From contig JAUWGP010000003.1 of assembly GCA_030606335.1 (NCBI GenBank), positions 26,065-90,064 on the forward strand: a DNA stretch of 64,000 nt, given 5' to 3'. Below, one piece after another: positions 17,635 to 25,262 of this stretch; position 1 is the stretch's first letter, and each line of letters opens with the position of its first letter. This DNA is from a candidate division WOR-3 bacterium. GTDB taxonomy: Bacteria; Hydrothermota; UBA3073. Below the pieces are notes generated by a model. That model was not told the DNA's origin, did not search any database, and saw only the letters and a list, made by a program, of their open reading frames with translations. Made by a program: the position numbers and the translations under genes.

Positions 17635-18702
17635 ATGAATCTAAATAAACGGTCAAATAGCTTTTCCCAAGAAAATATTACTCGCATTACAGAATTCTTT
17701 AAAAATCAGCAACTTCCTGAACCTCATTTACATCTTTTTAAGAGTGTGGTTTGGAAGGGATATCGTTGGAGAGCAATTTGGAACACTCTCCATTATCGTC
17801 CACTTCATGAAACATTTCATGAATTTATCATATATATTTTGAAAGCAACTTTTGGTGAAAAATGGCGCAAAGAGCAGATGAATTTGTCTGAAGAAGAAAG
17901 ACATATTCTTATTCGCTGGGTTAAATCTTATGGTGAATGGAAAAAAGCTACTCATAATGATGAAAAGAAAGAAGGCGAGTATATCTATGGTGCTATCCCA
18001 AGTGGTGAAGTTATGGCACTCCATTCATTTGCTTATGATATATATTGCCTCCAAGTAGTCAATAAGTTACCAAACTTCTTAGTAAATAGACTGAAGAATA
18101 AAAATGAATTCCAAGGTGCAAGATATGAAATAGCTGTGGCTGCTATTATCGCTCGAGCGGGCTTTGCTATAACCTTCCTCGATGACAAGGTTAAAAGTCA
18201 AAAGCATTGTGAATTCGTCGCCAAGAATAAATATTCTGGGTTACAAATTGGAGTTGAAGCTAAAAGTCGAAGAAGGAAAGGTGTACTCCATGAAAAAGGA
18301 AATTTGAATTACTCTTCAGTTGTAAGAGGAGACATTGAGAACCTTTTTGAAAAGGCTCTTACTCAGAGGCCCAAGAACATGCCATATTTTATTTTCATCG
18401 ACTTGAATGTAATGCCTACCCCAGACCCAGAAATTCCCCCTGACAAAAAACCATGGTTTAAGGATATAAAATTGCTATTAGATAGATATGGGATACCTTC
18501 TAAAGAAAATCCAGATCCGTTTAATGCATTGGTGTTGACTAATTTTTCTTATTATTATTTGGGAAACTTACCTATTACTCATTTGGGAGAATACGGTCTA
18601 ATCATCTCTGAAATTCCAGAATACCCGTGCAAAGATATGCAGGCTATAAGTGAAATATGGGAAAGTTTAGGACGGTATTCTCATATTCCGAAAGATGTAT
18701 AA
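17635..18702 (+). CDS. hypothetical protein between hsdS and hsdM; possible PD-(D/E)xK-like nuclease core (inference)
   Basis: 355 aa with no P-loop. The segment ARYEIAVAAIIARAGFAITFLDDKVKSQKHCEFVAKNKYSGLQIGVEAKSRRRK fits a helix-E, strand-D, strand-ExK arrangement. Confidence 0.45.
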   Translation: MNLNKRSNSFSQENITRITEFFKNQQLPEPHLHLFKSVVWKGYRWRAIWNTLHYRPLHETFHEFIIYILKATFGEKWRKEQMNLSEEERHILIRWVKSYGEWKKATHNDEKKEGEYIYGAIPSGEVMALHSFAYDIYCLQVVNKLPNFLVNRLKNKNEFQGARYEIAVAAIIARAGFAITFLDDKVKSQKHCEFVAKNKYSGLQIGVEAKSRRRKGVLHEKGNLNYSSVVRGDIENLFEKALTQRPKNMPYFIFIDLNVMPTPDPEIPPDKKPWFKDIKLLLDRYGIPSKENPDPFNALVLTNFSYYYLGNLPITHLGEYGLIISEIPEYPCKDMQAISEIWESLGRYSHIPKDV

Positions 18703-18725
18703 CCTTATACCCTAAATTATCTTAT

Positions 18726-20231
18726 ATGCGAAAAAATTCTCACAAAATAACCACACCACAATCTCTGAATGCCTATATCAAGGGTATCTGTGATATTATG
18801 CGGAGGTCGGGAAGAGCTGGGGCTCTCCAGTATGTGCCTGAACTTACCTGGATGCTCTTCCTCCGTATTCTTGATGAAAAAGAGGAGATAGAAGTAGAAT
18901 ATACTAAAGCATTAGGTAGAGAATTTATTCCTTCACTCCAATATCCATATCGCTGGCGAGATTGGGCTGCTCCTGATGGAGAAAAAAGAAAGGAATTACA
19001 AGAGGGAACATTTGGAAGATTTATGAGCTTCGTCGATGGAGACCTGCTCCCTACCCTCAAAAAATTAAAGGATAAACCTGGTGCAACTCCTCGTCAGAAG
19101 GTTGTCAGTCAAGTCTTCTCCTCTTTTGAAAAAACGGGTATTGATACCGAACGCAATCTTTTAGATATACTTGATAAAATTCATGAACTCTCCTTGGAGC
19201 AAGTTGAAGAAACCCACATGTTCACACTCTCCCAGGTCTATGAGGGACTGATACAGAAAATGGGTGAGAAAAACAACGACGGTGGACAGTTTTTCACACC
19301 AAGAGAGGTTATTCGTGTTATGGTTAAAGTGATTGACCCGAAGATTGGAGAAACCGTTTATGACCCCTGCTGTGGAACGGGTGGGTTTCTGGCTCAGGCA
19401 TATCTACATATGAATAAAAATGCAACAATAGCAGATGACATTGAAACCCTCAAGATTAGAACCTTCTACGGTAGAGAGAAAGAAAATCTTGTTTACCCCA
19501 TTGTCCTTGCAAATCTCGTGCTTCATGAGATAGATGAACCACATATATGGCATGGCAACACGCTAACAGGTCATGAGGTTTATGGTGGACTTTTCCAAAG
19601 TGCACCCGTCCTCTTTGATGTAGTCCTCACTAATCCTCCCTTTGGTGGTAAAGAGGGAAAAGATGCTCGGACTCATTTTGCCTATAAAACCAGCTCTACA
19701 CAGGTATTGTTCTTGCAACATGTCATTGATAACCTTAAAAATAGTGGCAGGTGTGGAATCGTAATGGATGAAGGTGTTTTATTCCGCACAAATGAGAAAG
19801 CCTTTGTCCAGACTAAACGCAAACTCTTGAGTGAGTGCAACCTCTATTGTATTGTAAGTCTTCCTCCCAAGGTATTCCTTAATGCTGGTGCAGCAAGTAA
19901 AACCAATCTACTTTTTTTCACTAAAGGTGAACAAACTAAAGAAATATGGTATTATGACCTATCTGATTTAAATGTAACAAAAAGGCAGCCCTTAACTATG
20001 CATCACTTTGAGGAGTTCTTTAAATTATTACCAGAAAAAAAAGAAAGTGAGCATTCCTGGAAGGTTCCAATAGAAGAAATAGAAGAGAAAAATTACGACA
20101 TAAAAGCAGTAAATCCAAACAGAAAAATCGAGGAAGACACAAGAAGCCCGCAAGAGCTATTAGCAATTATTGAGTCCCAGCAAAAAGAAATCACAAACGC
20201 ATTATCAAAATTGAAAGATAAAGGCTTGTGA
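18726..20231 (+). CDS. hsdM: Type I restriction-modification N6-adenine DNA methyltransferase subunit
   Basis: HsdM N-domain (GALQYVPELTWMLFLRILDEKEE), GTGGFL SAM-binding motif, NPPFGG catalytic motif. The start is taken at the ATG at 18726, after the stop of the upstream gene. Confidence 0.9.
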   Translation: MRKNSHKITTPQSLNAYIKGICDIMRRSGRAGALQYVPELTWMLFLRILDEKEEIEVEYTKALGREFIPSLQYPYRWRDWAAPDGEKRKELQEGTFGRFMSFVDGDLLPTLKKLKDKPGATPRQKVVSQVFSSFEKTGIDTERNLLDILDKIHELSLEQVEETHMFTLSQVYEGLIQKMGEKNNDGGQFFTPREVIRVMVKVIDPKIGETVYDPCCGTGGFLAQAYLHMNKNATIADDIETLKIRTFYGREKENLVYPIVLANLVLHEIDEPHIWHGNTLTGHEVYGGLFQSAPVLFDVVLTNPPFGGKEGKDARTHFAYKTSSTQVLFLQHVIDNLKNSGRCGIVMDEGVLFRTNEKAFVQTKRKLLSECNLYCIVSLPPKVFLNAGAASKTNLLFFTKGEQTKEIWYYDLSDLNVTKRQPLTMHHFEEFFKLLPEKKESEHSWKVPIEEIEEKNYDIKAVNPNRKIEEDTRSPQELLAIIESQQKEITNALSKLKDKGL

Positions 20232-20239
20232 GATATAAT

Positions 20240-20451
20240 ATGATAAAATCTAACCCTTTCACTCCAAAGTCTGGTTTGGAGCAGAAAATCTTTTTCAATA
20301 GGGAAGATGAGATAAAATTGCCGATATTGAGATAAAAAGTTTGAATGTTTATCTTCGTAGGTTGGTAGAGAAAGAAATCTTAATTGGTGTTAGGCGTGGC
20401 GAATATAAATTAAAAGACATTCTATTGTGTGAATACCTGAGAAGAAAATAA
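20240..20451 (+). pseudogene. degraded remnant of an AAA-type (PF01637-like) ATPase gene
   Basis: Frame A encodes MIKSNPFTPKSGLEQKIFFNREDEIKLPILR*, the characteristic NPF.P...FxxREDEI N-terminus of 'archaeal-type' ATPases. A second frame at 20353-20451 encodes LRRLVEKEILIGVRRGEYKLKDILLCEYLRRK*, a wHTH-like C-terminus. The body of the gene is missing. Confidence 0.3.
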
Positions 20452-20812
20452 CAAAAATTACAAATCAAGCCTAATGTTGTAATTTCTGTAATTTTGGATA
20501 TAGAATTCTTAGGGATCGTAGGGTCAAGTCTCAACATAAGACATTTTTATTGGCGAGGGAAGTTCGGTGGCGGGGTACTCCAACGAGAGCTGTAATTTGA
20601 GTGCATTACCTTGGTAATGCAAGTGGGCGGTAGCAAGCTATTGCAATTCTTAATCTCTAAGATAGATTTTATTTAATAAAAAGGAAATATTAATAGGGAT
20701 TACAATTAGAAAGATAAACTTCTTTTGGTAAGACTAATGGGGGTCAGTTCTTGGCACACTCCAAAGAAGTTTTAATAGCACTGTAGAAATTAATCAGTAT
20801 TAGGATATAGAT

Positions 20813-21859
20813 ATGTTTAAACCAAAATTCACAATCACCAATAAAATAAACAATTTCCTTCTTGAAATTGAGAGGGCAAGAGGATTTTTGGAGGCGGCAA
20901 AGTTAAAGGAGGCATGGATAAAGGATATGCAAAGTGAAGCACTTATCCTTGAAGCGCACCACTCTACACATATTGAAGGAACTCAACTGACCTTATCCCA
21001 GGCTCAAAGAATTCTTACCGGCAAATCTGTAAAGGGCATTAGGAAAGATGATCGTCAAGAACTCCTGAACTATAAAGAGGCAACTGATTTTGTCTCCGAA
21101 TACCTGGGGAAGAAATTAGAAATCACGGAGGATTTAATTAAGCAGATACACAAGATTTTAGTTAAAGATGTCAGGGGTGGAACCCTTGAGCCAGGAAGAT
21201 ATAGAAAAGTTCAGAATTATGTAGTCAACTCCTTGACAAGAGCAATAATTTATATTCCGCCCCCTCCAGAGGAAGTTCCTAAACTAATGAAAGAATTCGT
21301 TGAATGGTTAAACGTAAAAAAGAAGATATCACCTGTGCTCATGGCAGGGATCAGTCAATATCAGTTTGTTGACATTCATCCCTTCTTAGATGGAAACGGA
21401 AGGACTGCTCGTGTTTTATGTACGCTCATTCTTTATCAGAATGAATATGATTTTAAAAGGCTTTTTTCATTGTCCGAATATTACGACAAAAAACGCCGGA
21501 GGTACTACGACGCCATTCAATCAGTGAGAGAGAATAATATAGATATGACAGAATGGCTCGAATATTTTACAGAAGGACTGAAAAATCAATTGATAGAAGT
21601 AAAAACAAAGGGAGAAAAGGCAATTAAAAAGGAAGTTCTCATTGAGAAGGCTAAAAGATTTAACTTAAACGAGCGTCAACAGAAAATTTTATTACATTTA
21701 TTGGAGCAAAAGCGGATTTCGGTTGAGGAAATCAGACAGAAATATAATTTGGTTAGAAGAACGATTCAACGTGATTTCTCAAAATTGGTTGAGTTAGGTC
21801 TAATAAAGGAAATAGCAAAAAGCAAGACAGACCCTACAAGGTATTATGAATTACTGTGA
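20813..21859 (+). CDS. fic: Fic/DOC family protein (AMPylator-type) with C-terminal winged-helix domain
   Basis: Canonical Fic motif HPFLDGNGRTARVL; 348 aa. Confidence 0.9.
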   Translation: MFKPKFTITNKINNFLLEIERARGFLEAAKLKEAWIKDMQSEALILEAHHSTHIEGTQLTLSQAQRILTGKSVKGIRKDDRQELLNYKEATDFVSEYLGKKLEITEDLIKQIHKILVKDVRGGTLEPGRYRKVQNYVVNSLTRAIIYIPPPPEEVPKLMKEFVEWLNVKKKISPVLMAGISQYQFVDIHPFLDGNGRTARVLCTLILYQNEYDFKRLFSLSEYYDKKRRRYYDAIQSVRENNIDMTEWLEYFTEGLKNQLIEVKTKGEKAIKKEVLIEKAKRFNLNERQQKILLHLLEQKRISVEEIRQKYNLVRRTIQRDFSKLVELGLIKEIAKSKTDPTRYYELL

Positions 21860-21903
21860 CATTTTACTGCGACAATACTGTGACATTTACTGTGACATAA
21901 TTA
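21857..21903. repeat. 4 tandem CTGTGACAT units (12-13 nt period)
   Basis: ctgtgacatttta ctgcgacaata ctgtgacattta ctgtgacataatt immediately after the fic stop. The core GTGACAT is the reverse complement of the ATGTCAC array at 15528-15700. Confidence 0.5.
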
Positions 21904-21973
21904 TTGAGGTCGGGAGACCTCTCCCACAAAGTTTGTATTGGGAGAAATGGGGGTCAGGCTAATGGAGAAATGG

Positions 21974-22142
21974 GGGTCAGGCTAAGAGATAAGAAATAGA
22001 AAATAATCTCACTACTTTGCCACGAAATATCAGATGATAAAAATCTCCTTCATATTCTATCCTCAGTTTCCTGGCATATTTTTATTTTACTATAACTTTC
22101 CCTCTATCTCAAGCAATTATCTCTTATCTTTTAGCCTGACCC
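21974..22142. repeat. about 170 bp MITE-like element, copy 1 (24-nt terminal inverted repeats gggtcaggctaagagataagaaat / atctcttatcttttagcctgaccc)
   Basis: The TIRs are perfect reverse complements over about 20 nt. The interior is near-identical to 24808-24978. A partial extra TIR copy sits at 21942-21964. Confidence 0.6.
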
Positions 22143-22161
22143 ACAATACCACTCTAAAATT

Positions 22162-24702
22162 ATGTTTAGATTATATAGACTAATCCTATTCACAGTCATC
22201 TCATCCTCCCTGTTTGGCAGGGCATTATCATTAGAAGAGGCAAAGGTATGCAACCCTGAGATTAAGAGGTTGATTGAATGTGCAAGTGGAGATGAAAAAG
22301 AGTGGGTGGATTTGCTTCTTCAATATATGCCAACCATTGACCTTGTAACCCTGAAAGCCGATTCTTTTCTTCTTGATTTTAAAGCCCTACAAATTAATCT
22401 TGATTCACTTCCCTGGGTAAAGGAAATACCTCAAGAATTTTTCGACCACTATGTTCTTCCATATCGGGTGTCACAAGAGCCATTGGAGTATTTTCGACTC
22501 CATTATGGAAGAGAGCTCTTCGAACGTGTTCGAGATTGTTCTGACTTAAAGAGTGCAGTACTTTCAGTAAATGAATGGGCTTATGAACAGATGAAATATG
22601 AACCAACATCCAGATGGGACCAATCTGCAGGTCAGACTATTAGACGAGGCATTGGGCGGTGTGAAGAAATGGCTATACTCTTTATTAAGGCATGCAGGTC
22701 AGTAGGTATTCCAACCAGAATGGTATCTTCACCCTGGTGGCCATTTACTAACTCGAATCATGCATGGGTTGAAGTCTGGACACAAGACGGATGGCATTAT
22801 CTTGGAGGTGCTGAGATGACTGCATTAGATAATACCTGGTTTAGAAAGGCAGTCAGAAGAACAGCAATCATAAAAGGTGTTACGTGGGGAGAATTTACTA
22901 AATCAAAAAAGATGGTATATTATAAAGGAGATGAATATACAGTTCTCAATCTAACATCTAACTATAGTGATACAACAGGTCTATCTATAACTGTAATGGA
23001 TACTGATGGAGCACCTGTAGAAAGTGCAGATGTCTGGATATCTGTCTTCAACTACTCATCTCTCCGTTCTGTTGCACATAAATATACCGACAAATCAGGA
23101 AAAACTCATCTGGTAGTTGGAAAGTGTGACCTATTTATTTCCTGTGGGAAGGACTCACTCTGGGATTATGATATACTGCGATTTTCAGAAGGTAATACAA
23201 CAAGCAATATCTCCCTCTTAATCGAGAAGATTTCGATACCAGATACATCCTTCTGGTTCAGGGTAAAGGATAAAGATGATGTTCCAGGAGATACGACCTA
23301 TAAGCCTCCAGAGCTATCCTATGTTCTTCATGACCTCCATCAGGAACAGGTAACCGCTGTAGACCCTGAGATTCTGAAAGAATTACCAGATACATCTTTA
23401 GAATATCGTCTTTTAAAAAACCTGAATCGCTCTCGTGGAAATCGAGAAACATTGATGAACTTCTGGAGAAAGTATGAGGAGGAACCTGAGCTTTTATTAT
23501 CCTTATGGGATGTTATGCACACAAAGGACCTCGTTGCGGTTGACAGCAGCACCATGCAGAAAATTATAGATTTGTCAAAGGATAGGCGAGAGTATTTTGA
23601 CAACTATGAGTACCCGGATTCACTATTCTTCAAATATGTTGCAAATCCAAGGATTCTATGGGAGGATTTTTATAAAGGTTCTGTATTGTTTAAGAATCCA
23701 TTCTTAGAACTCATAAGTAAAAAGCCAAATGAGATTGCAAATTATGTGGTGAGATATATCCAGAAAGAAATAGATACTCTAAGTGATAAGAACTATTTTG
23801 GTGGAAAGATGAATCCTTATCAAACACTTGCCGCAGAAACAGGCAGCTCAATTGAGAGACTGACCCTCTTTGTAGAAGCGATGAGGTCGGTTGGAATACC
23901 TGCACGCATATACTGGGATTATAAAAGTGCAGAATACTATGATGACAATTGGGTATCAGTTAAATTTGATACAACAGTAGAGATAGAAACCCAGGAGACA
24001 GTGATAGCTGCAAGATTCATACAAAATGGTGAAACACGAATAGATGTTAGATACTATTATGATTTTTCAATATGCCAGATTGAGGATGGAGTATTTAAAG
24101 ACATTACCCCCCCAATGGATACATCAATGGGTATTGTCTCCTTTACGGTTCCTACTGGAGAGTATTGCTTTATTACAGGTTTTCGTCAGGCAAAGGGAGA
24201 TGTCTTTGTCAGGGTTAATCCAGTTAAGACAGAGGAAGATACAGTGAAAATTACGGTAGAATTGGGGTTCCCGCCAATAAATGCAATCGGTTCATTTGAC
24301 TTACTCATAAGGGACTTCAAAGAACTTTCTGATATTTCTATTAGGGATACAGATGGTAATGTTCTCTCTCAGTCCGATTGGCAGAATGGTAATATTATTA
24401 TTGCTTTCCTTGACCCTGAGAAGGAAAGTTCAATATCAACTACCAAAAGACTTGCACTGATTAACGATATTCCTTTTTTGATTTTTATAAAGACTGATAA
24501 GAGGGATAACGCATTACATTTTTGTGTTGAAAATAAACTTGAGGGCAGGATCTTTTATGGTGACGAGGAAAAATTAAAAGAGATATTGAAATTCCATGAA
24601 CTCCCTTCAATTCTATTCCTACGGTATGGAAAGGCAATACTCTGGACAGAGGGTTTAAATCTTGAGATTGCAATTATGATAAGGCAAATAAAAGACAATT
24701 GA
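22162..24702 (+). CDS. secreted transglutaminase-like cysteine-protease-fold protein (two TGase-like cores, the second degenerate)
   Basis: Signal peptide. Core 1 has GRCEEMAILFIKACRSVGIPTRMV ... HAWVEVW ... DGWHYLGGAE (Cys-His-Asp). Core 2 has GSSIERLTLFVEAMRSVGIPARIYWDY (Cys replaced by Ser). Confidence 0.7.
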   Translation: MFRLYRLILFTVISSSLFGRALSLEEAKVCNPEIKRLIECASGDEKEWVDLLLQYMPTIDLVTLKADSFLLDFKALQINLDSLPWVKEIPQEFFDHYVLPYRVSQEPLEYFRLHYGRELFERVRDCSDLKSAVLSVNEWAYEQMKYEPTSRWDQSAGQTIRRGIGRCEEMAILFIKACRSVGIPTRMVSSPWWPFTNSNHAWVEVWTQDGWHYLGGAEMTALDNTWFRKAVRRTAIIKGVTWGEFTKSKKMVYYKGDEYTVLNLTSNYSDTTGLSITVMDTDGAPVESADVWISVFNYSSLRSVAHKYTDKSGKTHLVVGKCDLFISCGKDSLWDYDILRFSEGNTTSNISLLIEKISIPDTSFWFRVKDKDDVPGDTTYKPPELSYVLHDLHQEQVTAVDPEILKELPDTSLEYRLLKNLNRSRGNRETLMNFWRKYEEEPELLLSLWDVMHTKDLVAVDSSTMQKIIDLSKDRREYFDNYEYPDSLFFKYVANPRILWEDFYKGSVLFKNPFLELISKKPNEIANYVVRYIQKEIDTLSDKNYFGGKMNPYQTLAAETGSSIERLTLFVEAMRSVGIPARIYWDYKSAEYYDDNWVSVKFDTTVEIETQETVIAARFIQNGETRIDVRYYYDFSICQIEDGVFKDITPPMDTSMGIVSFTVPTGEYCFITGFRQAKGDVFVRVNPVKTEEDTVKITVELGFPPINAIGSFDLLIRDFKELSDISIRDTDGNVLSQSDWQNGNIIIAFLDPEKESSISTTKRLALINDIPFLIFIKTDKRDNALHFCVENKLEGRIFYGDEEKLKEILKFHELPSILFLRYGKAILWTEGLNLEIAIMIRQIKDN

Positions 24703-24807
24703 GTTTCTTGAGTTTTCACAGTTTATTGAGTTTCTTGAGTTATTGGGTTTGTTGGGTCTTAGGGTAGTACTTAAGGGGGTCAAGAAATGGGGGTCATCAA
24801 GAAATGG

Positions 24808-24978
24808 GGGTCAGGCTAAAAGATAAGAGATAGAATATAGTCTCACTCCTATTGCCACGAGATATCAAATGATAAAAATCTCCTTCATATTCTATCCTCA
24901 GTTTCCTGGGCATATTTTCGTTTTACTTTAACTTTCCCTCTGTCTCAAGCAATTATCTCTTATCTTTTAGCCTGACCC
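24808..24978. repeat. about 170 bp MITE-like element, copy 2 (same orientation as copy 1)
   Basis: gggtcaggctaaaagataagagat ... atctcttatcttttagcctgaccc, with an interior matching copy 1. Confidence 0.6.
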
Positions 24979-24998
24979 GCAATATTCCCGCAATATTA

Positions 24999-25262
24999 CG
25001 CCCTACGCTCCTCTCTTATCGCCCCGCCAAAGGCGGGGCTCCTACCTTTTTTCTTTTCTCCTAAGTTATTCTAAATTGCTAATTGCTAATTTTGCATTGA
25101 TAATTGACTTCACCTTCTCTATTCCCTCTTTCCTCATCTCTCTTCCCCCTTCGTTTTATTTATCCCGTAGAATGCGCAGCTATTCTATCGGGACGCTCTA
25201 CGCCCTTCGCCTTACGCTCTACGCCTTACGCCCTACGCCCTTCCCTCATCACTCTTCCGTCT
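24999..25262. repeat. dispersed hairpin repeat, copy 2, plus cttacgcc/ctacgcc microsatellite
   Basis: acgccctacgctcctctcttatcgCCCCGCCaaaGGCGGGGctcctacc, tctcttcccccttcgttttatttatcccgtagaatgcgcagctattctatcgggacgc, and (c)ttacgcc x6. Confidence 0.5.

Noticed and set aside
20540-20640. Possible tRNA or small RNA (ggcgagggaagttcggtggcggggtactcc...).
   Set aside because: No cloverleaf could be drawn and no GTTCRAnYC T-loop is present. The 3' part is a fragment of the 'gtgcattaccttggtaatgca' repeat module.
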